64,000 nucleotides of DNA from Phaeosaccion multiseriatum (GCA_965112735.1 OZ218959.1:2666001-2730000), one strand, 5' to 3'. Positions 51,947 to 62,139 are shown, counted from the first letter of the stretch. Numbers and translations: made by a program. The notes: generated from the letters alone by a model not told the origin.

Positions 51947-54453
51947 ATGAAGTTCCTCCCAGTGCTCGGAGCCGCAGCAGTGAGCAGCGTCAGTGCCTTC
52001 ACTGGCCCGATGCAGTGGGCCAGCTCGTTCACGCAAGGCCCCGCTCGCAGCGCAGTGAGGTCCGGAGTGCAACAGCCTCAAGGGGGAAGGAGCGGCAGCA
52101 GCAGTATGAGGATGGGATACAACGTGGACCTGACCGGAAAGGTGGGAGAAAGTAGAGATGCCTTGCTGGCCAGTTTGTGTCCCTGACTTTGTGGTGCTGC
52201 ACCAGCTGGTCCTTGTCTTCGTATATGTGTTTGAGGTTATAACCTTCGGTGGTATTTTGTTGCCTTTCCACCCTGTCCCTCTCCTCGCGTGCTGATCCAT
52301 CCCTCTCTCCCTCCCGAATGCATCCATGCATGTGGAGAGGCGCATAGTGTTTCACTCCATCGCGTTCATTCATAATCCTTTCCTGCAGAGGCAGGAAATG
52401 GCTGACAGTGACGCTTACGATCTCTCTTTCCCTCTCTCCGGTGCCCGCTACCACCGCACCAGACCGCCTTCGTGGCCGGTGTGGCCGACTCTTCGGGGTA
52501 TGGCTGGGCCATTTGCAAGGCCCTTGCGGAGGCTGGCGCGACGGTGACAGTGGGAACATGGCCTCCCGTTCTGGGCATCTTCAGGAAGTCGCTCGAGATG
52601 GGAGACTTTGAGGAGGATTCGATTCTCTCCGACGGGAGCAAGATGGAGATTGCAAAGGTGAGAGGACCTGGAACGAATAGCATTGGCCTCACCGCAACCT
52701 CATTTCCACCCACCCCCGAACACTCCCCACTCCCCACGCCCACAGGTGTACCCCCTAGACGCCGTGTACGACAGCCCCGACGACGTCCCGGACAATGTGA
52801 AGAACAATAAGCGCTACAAGAACGTGGACAGCTACACCATTTCCGAGGTGGCAGAGGCCATTGAGAAGGACTACGGAAAGATTGATATCCTCGTGCACTC
52901 CCTCGCCAACGGGCCGGAGGTACGGCACACACACAGAGAGAGAGAGAGAGAGGCATGATACAATGAGAGGAAGACGCAAAGTTCTTCCTGGGGAGGGAGT
53001 GGGGGGTTGGTGGCGGAGGAGGGAGGAAGCGAAGGGGCCTGGAAGGAGGAAGCGCGAGTACCGCAGCCGTCCTCTTCCACGGCCCAGCCGCAGCCTCCCT
53101 TCGACGGGGGTTATTGTGTCCTGTCTTTGCACACCGCAGCCCTCGGACCACGCTTGTTTCTCTCACTGTACTGGAACTGCTCTGCTTGGTTGACAACCTA
53201 GCCCGTCTCGGGCGTGCTTCTCGGCTTCCTGCCTTTCCCTTCCTTCTTTTCTTCTCCATAACATGTGCCCTCGTCCCCCCGCATCTCCGTAGATTATCTA
53301 GGGCCACCCTTTCCTGTTCCATCCCCACCAAACCCTTTCCTCCCTCCCCCTTCTCCCCCTCTCTCCAGGTGACCAAACCCCTCCTGGAGACGTCTCGCCA
53401 GGGCTACCTCGCTGCTTCCAGCGCCTCTGCTTACTCCATGGTGTCCCTTGTGCAAAAGTTTGCCCCCATCATGAACAAGGGCGGGGCAGTGCTCTCCCTG
53501 TCCTACGTTGCCTCCGAGAAGGTCATCCCCGGCTACGGAGGAGGCATGTCTTCTGCCAAGGCTCAGCTTGAGTCCGACACTCGTGTGCTTGCGTATGAGG
53601 CGGGCCAAAAGTATGGCATTCGCGTGAACACCATCTCGGCAGGCCCGCTCAAGAGCCGAGCGGCCAGTGCTATTGGAGGCGGGGGCGGAAAGAAGACTTT
53701 CATTGAGCTGGCGATTGACTACTCCAGGGCCAATGCGCCCATTGAGCAGGTCGGATAGTAGGTTCAACGAAGCTATTTTTTTGTTGTCGTGCGTTTGTTT
53801 GGGGCGGGGCAAGACGAGACATGTGGGAATGCATTAGAAGATGGTGTTAACAATCTGCCTCTGCTGTCCTCCTCTCCTCTTCTCTTGGTCACCTTCTGCT
53901 CTAACAAGGTTCCGTCTGTCAATCCTATACTCTCTTTTCCCCACCTGCTCGCGTCACCTCCCCTCCCTGTCCGTCCCCCCCGCCCCCCTCTCATAAACAG
54001 GACCTTTACAATGACGACGTGGGGGCATCTGCTCTCTTCTTGCTCTCGCCAATGGCCAGGACGGTAAGCAGCAAACTGGCATCTCTCTCTCCATGTCTCT
54101 CTAACCCTCCGGCCCCCCTCCCCGTCTGTCGCTCTCTCGCTCTCTCCTCCGCCAGCACACCCTATCACATGTACTCGTCTACACAAGGGACTTTCTCCCA
54201 CTCCTCCCTTGCCTAATCATTGGCTGCCAAAAGCACCCTCCACTCCACCACCTACTCACTCCCCTCGTTCTGAATGGCTCCCATCGTCGTTGTCTCTCTC
54301 CCCCACTTGCTCACGAACTCCTCTCTCTCTCTCTCTCTCTCTCTCCTTGTGTGTGTGTGTGTGCAGGTTACCGGCCTTACCATGTACGTAGACAACGGCC
54401 TCAACATCATGGGGATGGCAACTGACTCGGCATCGATGGTCGAAGCCGAATGA
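51947..54453 (+). CDS. fabI: Plastid enoyl-ACP reductase (NADH), plant/algal type
   Basis: Presequence [141 protein letters not shown]; 6 exons. Confidence 0.97.
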
Positions 54454-55007
54454 GCGAGTGAGCTCTTCGTATAGTGTATTTGCGGGTGGAAGAGGGAGAG
54501 AGAAGTGCAGCACGCACGTCTCTTAGGCCTCGAGTCGGGGGGGCAAAAGGGTTCTCTCTGGAAGAGGGTGGTGACTGCGACAGTGCGTTATTTAATTTAA
54601 ACGATAATCAATTAATTTAATGTTAAATACATTGCGCAGTCAGTACGCGTATCATCGACTCTGGTGGAGTCAAGCAATAACAAGCGCCGTGTTACACAAG
54701 GGCGGGGCCCATTAGGCACAGCGGAACACAATGTGGAGGAGCCATGAAGGGCACAGTCCACGATCAACAACTTCTACCCCACGACCAATGTGGAAGGAAG
54801 GCAAACACCCCCCTCCCGCCAGAGGGGAGCAGAAACGCAAGAGCAGCAGCAGCATCAGCAGCGGAGCCGCGCGCTTGTTATTGCTCTTGCCCAATGGAGG
54901 TTGGGCCTCTTTCAGGATGCGACAAGGAGAACCCCTCGGTGGTGTCCTAAGGGCCCACTTGGTCCTAAGGGCCCACTTCATCCTCGGTGGTTCCCGGGTC
55001 GTTTGCG

Positions 55008-55670
55008 CTAGTAGATTGCCCCTCCCTCGTCCGCGAAGGAAAGCCTTTGGGCCTGGCACAGTAAGCCCCTCCCTGCTCGACTTGTGATGCCACATTGCCG
55101 TTCTCGACCGATGTGAATCCTTTGCCGCTTAGAAGCCCTCACACAAGGGGGGCTCCTCCCCTCCGAGCCTCTCTTGCCAGGAGTGGGGGGAACTGGAATC
55201 GCCCGCTCCTCGTCGTCTAGTACAGCATTGTCTGTCTCCGGGTCGTCCCCGTGCCCCCCTCCAGCTGCCCTCTCAATAGCCTCACAGCTTGGCGGCTCAT
55301 CGTCCAGGACCTCCCGAAGGCGCTGGAACAGAGTTGCCTCGCTGCTGCCTTCACTGCTCGCCCGGCGGAAAGCTCTCCTCCCCACCGTTTTTTTGTTGAA
55401 CTCCCCATTCTGACTCCGCTGCTGCTTGGGCCCCGCGTCTGTCCTACCCTCGGAAAGCACGTCCGCCCTCCTCTTCGGGGTACAGTTGAACAGGATATCG
55501 CCTGCTTGTCGCTGCTGCTCTGGCTCCTGGCTTTGCTGGTGGTTCTGGGTGGCGTCCTCCTCCTCCTCCTCCTCCTCCTCCTCCTCACCACCCCATCCTC
55601 CCTTCTCTTTTCCCTCCTCTACTCTTCTTCTCCTTCGCGGCTCGCGGCCCACTCGGATAAAGGAGTTCAT
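55008..55670 (-). CDS. Hypothetical disordered, basic protein with S/T-P motifs
   Basis: Open frame from ATG 55670 (MNSFIRVGREP...) with CTPKRR, VPPTPGKR and QRLSF; no recognisable domain. Confidence 0.4.
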   Translation of the reverse strand: MNSFIRVGREPRRRRRVEEGKEKGGWGGEEEEEEEEEEDATQNHQQSQEPEQQRQAGDILFNCTPKRRADVLSEGRTDAGPKQQRSQNGEFNKKTVGRRAFRRASSEGSSEATLFQRLREVLDDEPPSCEAIERAAGGGHGDDPETDNAVLDDEERAIPVPPTPGKRGSEGRSPPCVRASKRQRIHIGRERQCGITSRAGRGLLCQAQRLSFADEGGAIY

Positions 55671-55847
55671 CTTTAGCAGTAATATTCTGCTTGTGCAACC
55701 TCTCTCTCTCTCTCTCTCTCGCTGTTGTATGTTCACGTGAAGTTGAGGAGCCGGTGGAGCAGGTGAGGAGACAGTGTGAAACGAAAAAAAAAAAAAAAAA
55801 AAACTATTGATGACCGGTTTTGGTGGGGCGAGATGCCCCACTCGGTG

Positions 55848-55906
55848 AAAGTGGGTATTTTTAGTACCCAATTTTTTTAAAAGTGGGTATTTTTAGTACA
55901 GTACCC
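55848..55906. repeat. 20-bp direct repeat in the Crypton 3' subterminal region
   Basis: AAAGTGGGTATTTTTAGTAC at ~55848 and ~55880, each followed by or overlapping TACCCA, which is complementary to TGGGTA. Confidence 0.85.
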
Positions 55907-56047
55907 AATATGGACCAGTAGCCCCCCTCCCCCCCCCCCTCCTTTTTGGTGTATCTCTCCCCTCCTCCTCCAAAATATACTACGCTATGATATGACGATT
56001 TAATGGTATTACCACGATAACAATGGTATTCATATTTACAGACACAC

Positions 56048-59000
56048 TTAGTGTCCGTCCTCAATCATGCATGGCATACAGTAGTAGTCAAAATCGCCTT
56101 CCGCAAAACCCTTGCTGTCGCAAAACTCGACGGTGCACATGTGGTGCACGAGGTTTCCACACGCTCTTTCGGATGGGCAGAGGAACAGCTTGACTTGCGA
56201 GGGCTTAGTACAGCCATACGAGCATGTGAAGGCCATGTCTCCCTCTCTCAAGCCGCCCAACGACGGCGCTGCTGACGCGGCAGCAGCGGCAGTAGCGGCC
56301 GCAGCGGCCGCATCAGAGGCAGCAGCAGAAGCAGCATCAGAAGCAGTACCAGTACCAGTACGCTGTTTTTTTTGGGCCCCCCTTCCCCCACCCCTTCCTC
56401 CTCGTCCTCCTCCGGCTCCGCCTCCTCCTGTTGCAGCAGCAGCAGCAGCAGCAGCAGCATTGCTGCTGCCACCTCCCTCCTCGTCGTCCTCTGCACCGCT
56501 ATCACCTCCATCCCCCTCCTTCGACTCGTCTGCACCAGTGCCACTTTCCTTCGCCCTCGCCCGCTTCGCCCGTTTTTTCGCGTCCGCCTGCTGCGCGCTC
56601 CATAAATTATACACGGTGGTCCACACCAGCTGATTGAAGCGGCGCTTGTGAGAATCAGAACGAGACTTGATGTCAAAGGCGTCTTTGACTGCGTCAAACA
56701 TGCTTCGCGCTTCTTCAAGCGTCGGCTTGTCCTTCCAGAGCCCCTTTTCTTTCGCCGCGGATTCAATCGCACCCATCAAACAGCAAAATTTTGACATCCT
56801 TCGCTTCTCCGCCCTCCCCTGCACGTCTGCTGTCGTGAATTCTCGAAGGCGAGGAGTGCCTGTCATCCAAGCATCCCAAGCAGCGCGCACAGTGAAGCTA
56901 GGGACCTCAAAGTGCTCGGGAAGGGTATGCCACCGGCCGTTGTAGAGATACAGAGGTGGCTGATCTGCACCTGCACAAGAAGAAGAAGAGGGCGGGGCGC
57001 TGCTCGAACCCTCACCAAGGCCCAGAGTGCCTGCCTGGTGAGCCGCGAGAAGGTCGCTGAGCCCACTCTTAGAAAAGGCTGCGTCGAGGGTCGTCTGCAG
57101 GGCCCTGCTCACACCCAGACTGGTGACAGTGCCAGAGGCCTGTGCATTCTCCTCCAGAACGTCACGGATCAGCGTCTCCAAGTCGACCTTGATCGTCTGG
57201 CCCAACACCTCAAGCTTGCCGCCTAGAGAGGCCACGCTGTCCGCCACGACTTGGAATTGCCTCAGCTGCACGACGTGGGGAGGAATCCCGGTTGCAGAAA
57301 TCTCGTCCGTCTCGTCCGGATACTTCAGCACGACATGCTCTGAAAGGTCCGCCAGCAACCTTTGATCTCGGAAGAGCTGTGTCGTGAAAAGAGGGTGATT
57401 CTCCTGAAGAGTGCTGCGCAGAAAGCCGGCGTGGTACACCACACTGGCAAGACAGAATTCAGCCACCTTCCTCAATCTCAGCGGCACGTCCCTGAAGCAG
57501 CTCACAATGGCTCCCGCGAGCACGTCTTCAATGCCCTCCTTCGCTGTGCCGTCCACCTTGAGGCGCTGAAAAAAGGGAGGAAGCAATGCAAACTCCTTCG
57601 CTGAGATGTTCGCGCCGGAGGCAGCCCGGCCCACATACTGATCTGCTGCATTGATGGGGTTGAAGTAGATGCCCTGCACGCCGGGAAGAGACCATCCCAT
57701 TCGAAGTTGCACAGCAATTGGGTTGGGAGCAGCGGACGAGCCGCTTGTGACGTGCGAGGCAGCGCCCTTGCGCCCAGAATGAGTGCCGAGGTCCTCTGGA
57801 GTCAGCCCCATGCCTTCCAAAATGGACGAGTTCGCCGCCGCCGTACGTCTGAGGAAGCCGCAATACCTATCGTACTGATTGTTGCCAGCGAACAGCGCGT
57901 TCTTCTCAAAACCAAAGCTCAGGAGGTAAACACCAAGCGCGAGGACGGGGCAGATCTCCGGCATGATTGGATTCGCGTAGACGTGGCGAGGATGTCGGGC
58001 CTTCTCTCCCAGCTGATCGCCCTTTTGCTTCCCAAAATAGACGCAGAGCGCGTCCCCCTTCCACTCGAGATGATCGAGACAAATCTCCACACAGTTGGTG
58101 GCGCGGCACATCAGATTCCAGGAGAGAACGAGGAAGGGGTGGCCAAAGGCGCCCTGTCTGTGCCCGTTCTCACAGACTGCCGAGCTCAGCATTGCTGCGA
58201 TGTACACAAGCGAAGGAAACAGTGGCAACCAAAGACGGCGTCAGGGCTAGGAAGTGAGTGGGGGGCATTCAATGCATCAGCCACTTGTCTCCACCCACTC
58301 CACTAGTTTCCACTGTCCACTGACTCCACACAGCTGGGAATTTACCTTTGGCAAGAGCGCGGTAGAGAGCGAACGGCATGGGAGCCTTCCCTTCTCTGAC
58401 TTCGACATTTCCCTCCTGCTTCTCTCCTGCGATCGTCCTCTTCAGCCCCTTGGTGAGCGTCGCAAGGTCGCTTTGCAATTTGCGGTGCTGTTCCTCCTGA
58501 TGGTAGTCTCTGTACAGATTGAAGAGTGCAGAGCGTTTCGACTGTGCACCGGCCTTGGATAAGCCCTTCGGCCCCTTCTTGACTTCAAGCAGCCACCCGA
58601 AGAACGCGTCGGCTGTCAGCAGATGGAACAGCAAAGGGTGCGGCGCCCGAGGTGCTTGGATCAAGTGTGCCTTCACCCGCTTCGTCCACTGCGCCTCAGC
58701 CTTCTTCTTGGCCTTTGCTTGGGCTTTCGCTGCTCTCGACACCTCAGCCGGCGTCTGCTGTGCCGCTGCAGTGGCACCACCCGCTCCGCCAGGTGCGGCG
58801 GCTGCTGCGGCTGCTGCTGCTCTCCTCTGTGCTTCCTCCTCTTCCCCATCTTCCCCGTCTTCCTCCTCTTCCCCTTCCGGTGGAGCAAATGCTGTCCTGA
58901 AGTCAGGGTCCAGAAGCTCCGGGTGCTTGCGGAAGAGGTATCGGATCAGCATGGTGGAGGCGCATGCATATCCACTTCTCGAGCGTGGGGCGATGGTGTT

Positions 59001-59102
59001 GTTTCGGAGGTTCTGAATCTGCTGCTGCTCTGCAGTAAGCGGTGCTTCTTCCCCCTCTGCTGCTGGTGCTTCCGGAACCGTAGCAACAGCGACGTCAGCC
59101 AT
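56048..59102 (-). CDS. Crypton tyrosine recombinase (~967 aa) with C-terminal GCR1_C-like region and PHD-like zinc finger
   Basis: Exons 59102-58346 and 58194-56048 (151-bp GT-AG intron; 2904 nt in frame, joins LYRALAK|AMLSS). Catalytic set WNLMCR, KQKGDQ, RHVYANP..ICPVLALG, GTHSGRKG, RMGWS, QGIY. FEVPSFTVRAAWDAWMTG region; C4HC3-like tail. Confidence 0.9.
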
Positions 59103-59630
59103 GGTATGCTCTGTTCTCCTGCAAATTCACGTGGGAGATGCCCCTCCCACCACTGGCATCAGCTGTTACAGCCGGGTATCGTCCGCGCAGCCGCTGCTCC
59201 TCTTACATAGCTGCCCTGTGCAAATATGCTGATGCTGTGAATGAATAAAAATCCATGTGGGGAGGGGGGGGAGAATGCCCCACAACCAAAAAATATTGGA
59301 TAAAAAACTTGAAAAACGAGCATTTGTGGCCCATAAAATATCCAAAACCATAATTTCGTGGGGCAGGTGCCCCACATCACGGTACTATTAGACATACGGA
59401 CTACAGAGAACTAAAAAAAAGGAGACCAAAACGCACGCACACACACGCACCAAACCCACTACAACTGTCAATAATAAACCGTTTTTTACCGACACACAAA
59501 AATAATTGTATTTTTTTTACAAACACAAAGTTCCCCGCTTGTCGCCGCCGTACCACGCATACACACACACGCGCGCGCACGCACACACACGCACACGCAC
59601 ACACACACGCGCGCGCACGCACACACACGC

Positions 59631-59674
<44 letters not shown>

Positions 59675-59707
59675 GAACACACACACACACACACACACCC
59701 CTCTGCT

Positions 59708-59996
59708 GTCGGCCCTGGAAGAGGTTACAGTATTCGCCGACCATAATCAGTAATCAGGCCGGCTGGCGCCAATAATCAGTAATCAGGCCGGCTAGCGCCC
59801 GTCATAATCAGTAATCAGGCCGGCTGGCGCCGGTCATAATCAGTAATCAGACCCGGCTGGCGCCGGCCATAATCAGTAATCAGGCCCGGCTGGCGCCATA
59901 ATCAGTAATCAGGCCGGCTGGCGCCGGCAGTAATCAGTAATCAGGCCGGCTGCGCCGGCCGTAATCAGTAATCTGATAACCTCTTCCAGGGCCGAC
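59708..59996. mobile_element. 289-bp MITE-like element: perfect 20-bp TIRs, TGCT flanking duplication, internal array of 8 x RTAATCAGTAATCAG
   Basis: GTCGGCCCTGGAAGAGGTTA (59708-59727) and TAACCTCTTCCAGGGCCGAC (59977-59996). TGCT at 59704-59707 and 59997-60000. The 15-bp cores alternate with 14-18-bp GC-rich linkers (GCCGGCTGGCGCC variants). Confidence 0.85.
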
Positions 59997-60412
59997 TGCT
60001 GACTCTGCTGCTCGCTGCGAGAAGGGAAGGTGCACGGGCAACGTTCTCCGACTTTTGCGATACCTTACGCAGTTTTGGGCGAAGAGAGGGGGGGAGATAT
60101 AGTAATTCCCCCCCCCCCCCTTTTTTTTATGTGATCCCTTTTTATTTGGTTTAGTGGCCGAGTTTTGTGACCCTTTCTTATGAATAGTGGCACGGCTCCA
60201 ACAGTGTCGTCGTTGGTTGCCTGTCCCCCCCCCCCCCCTCTCCACCCCTCCCCCTAACTTCACATTTTCCCTTCCCTTCCTTTCCTTGAGTGCAGAACTG
60301 CAGAGCTGTCGAGTGTGATTCCCGTGTTCATAAGCCAGGAATATCTCTACACAGCTGCAATCAAGTCAAGTCCCCTTAGGGGATCATATCAATATCCAGT
60401 GTACCTCCCTAC

Positions 60413-61852
60413 TCACTCCCCTCCTCGGTTGGCTCGGCGGCGGCGGAGGCCCAACGCGGGGCCACGGTGGTGGAGAGGAGGCTGCGCTCCCTTGCCATGG
60501 GGGCCGCGACCAGCAGCAGGGCCAGCAGCACGGCCAGCAGCAGGGCCAGCAGCAGGGTGAGCAGCTCCTCCATGTCCTTCGCCTTGCATCAGGCGAGCGT
60601 GGCGCTGGGCAAAGCGGTGGAAGTCTTGCAGCTGCTCCTTCCCGAGAGAGCCCAAACGGACGAAGCGCCCAGGCAGCACGTTGAGGGCCTTCAGCAGGGT
60701 CAGGGCTTCGACGTTGCTGTGGAGGCCCACCCCGCCCTTAGCCAGCACAGACAGGAGCGACGCGCCGTTTTCGACCTTCATGTCGTCGTCCGCACCCATG
60801 GCAGGGGGAGGGGGTGGGGCCGTGAAGTCCACAGCAGCGGCATCCATGGCCTGCTTCAGCTCCCCGCCCTTGATGATGTTCGCCTGCTTCAGGCGGCAGA
60901 TGGGCAGCTTCGACACGCGCAGGAAGCTCCACAGCTGAGTGGGCGTCAGGCGGAGCCCGAAGCGCTCGTCCAGCGTGGCCGTGGCAGACTTCAGCAGCTC
61001 AGAGGCCTCCGGGTCGGCATCAAGAGACGAGTGGAGAGCAGAGACGCGGGCCTGGCGCTTGCCCAGCTTCTTGCCTTCATCTCCCTTCGCGTCCTCCCCC
61101 TTTGCCTCTACCCAGCCGGCGTCGTCCTCACCGCTCGTGGCGGCAATGACCTCGCGTTCAACGGCACCCTCCTTCTTGCTGCGTTGGCGGCTCTCCTTGT
61201 CCATCTCGGGCTTCTCCTTCTCCTCGGCATGAAACTCGCGCAGCTGCTGCTTCTCCAAGAGGCCCAAGCGAACGAAGCGCTGGGGCGCCACATTGAGGGC
61301 CTTCAGCAGCACGCGAGCGTCCGCCTTGCTGTCCAGCCCGCCGCCCATGTCCTTGACGAGCAAAGCCAGCAGCGTGACTCCCTTGGCCATCACGCGGTCC
61401 TCCGCACCCACGGCAGGGGGGGGAGGTGGGGCTGTGAAGTCCGCAGCGGCATCCATGGCCTGCTTCAGCTCCCCGCCCTTGATGAGCTCGGCGCCCTTGA
61501 GGCGGCACACGGGCAGCTGCGAGAGGCGCAAGAAGCCCCACAGCTGAGTGGAGGTTAGGACCAGCCCAAAACGCTCGTCCAGCGAGGCCGTGGCAGCCTT
61601 CAGCAGCTCAGAGGCCTCCGGATCAGCATCCAGAGAGGCATGGAGAGAGGAGAAGCGGGCCTTGCGGACTTCCTGAAGAGCCCCGCGCTCCTCCTTGCTC
61701 CGCTTCTCGTCTCTGCCAGAACTGGCGTTGGCGCTTCCCTCCTCCACCTTTGCCTCCACCCAGCCGTCGTCGTCCTCCCCGCCCATGGCAGCAGTACTGC
61801 GGTTCTCCTTCGTGGTTTTGCTGTTGTTCATCTTGTTCTTGATCTGCACCAT
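60413..61852 (-). CDS. Intronless orphan ORF (~480 aa) made of two tandem ~190-aa homologous modules
   Basis: Start MVQIKNK at 61852. Modules ~61795-61226 and ~61147-60614 share GEDD.GWVEAK, LH.SLDADPEASELLK.ATA.LDERFGL.LT.TQLW.FLR.S.LP.CRLK.A..IKGGELKQAMDAAA.FTAPPPPPA and LLKALNV.P.RFVRLG.L.K.QL..FH; strong GC3 bias. Confidence 0.75.
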   Translation of the reverse strand: MVQIKNKMNNSKTTKENRSTAAMGGEDDDGWVEAKVEEGSANASSGRDEKRSKEERGALQEVRKARFSSLHASLDADPEASELLKAATASLDERFGLVLTSTQLWGFLRLSQLPVCRLKGAELIKGGELKQAMDAAADFTAPPPPPAVGAEDRVMAKGVTLLALLVKDMGGGLDSKADARVLLKALNVAPQRFVRLGLLEKQQLREFHAEEKEKPEMDKESRQRSKKEGAVEREVIAATSGEDDAGWVEAKGEDAKGDEGKKLGKRQARVSALHSSLDADPEASELLKSATATLDERFGLRLTPTQLWSFLRVSKLPICRLKQANIIKGGELKQAMDAAAVDFTAPPPPPAMGADDDMKVENGASLLSVLAKGGVGLHSNVEALTLLKALNVLPGRFVRLGSLGKEQLQDFHRFAQRHARLMQGEGHGGAAHPAAGPAAGRAAGPAAGRGPHGKGAQPPLHHRGPALGLRRRRANRGGE

Positions 61853-61944
61853 GGTTGTGATATATATTTGATGTGATGAGAAATCGCACATTCCAACCGT
61901 CGGTCCGGGAACGATCCCAAAAAAAAGTTTTTTCTTTTGATTAC

Positions 61945-62139
61945 CAAGGTACTGCTGATTACAGCCGGCGCAAGCTGATTATGGCGCCAGCCGGGCCTAT
62001 TACTGATTATGGCCGGCGCCAGCCGTGTCTGATTACTGATTATGACCGGCGCTAGCCGGCCTGATTACTGATTATTGGCGCCAGCCGGCCTGATTACTGA
62101 TTATGGCCGGCGCACACTGTAACCTTGTCCAGGGTCGAC
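61945..62139. mobile_element. Second, inverted and one-end-truncated copy of the TAATCAG-array element
   Basis: Reverse complement begins GTCGACCCTGGACAAGGTTACAGTGTGCGCCGGCCATAATCAGTAATCAG and repeats the linker variants of the first copy in the same order with one unit missing. The inner TIR is absent or degenerate. Confidence 0.85.

Larger units (their letters stand above)
55803..59389 (-). mobile_element. Crypton-type (tyrosine recombinase) DNA transposon; boundaries approximate
   Basis: Contains the YR gene and no reverse transcriptase. AT-richer, SSR-poor non-coding ends. GTGGGGC-N4/5-GCCCCAC palindromes at 55823-55841 and 59358-59375. Candidate 6-bp direct repeat ACTATT at 55803-55808 and 59384-59389. 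Confidence 0.7.

Noticed and set aside
54588-54630. AT-rich imperfect dyad downstream of fabI as a terminator
   Set aside because: Pairing is weak and intrinsic terminators are not expected in this nuclear context; it is more likely a polyadenylation region between convergent genes.
56048-59102. DIRS/Ngaro retroelement or bacterial/phage integrase contamination
   Set aside because: There is no RT/RNase H or gag ORF and no long terminal repeats; a spliceosomal intron and host-like low-complexity tracts indicate a eukaryotic DNA element.
59743-59975. CRISPR-like appearance of the repeat/linker array
   Set aside because: The linkers are near-identical 14-18-bp GC sequences rather than unique spacers, the repeat is only 15 bp, there are no cas genes, the context is eukaryotic, and the array is enclosed by TIRs.
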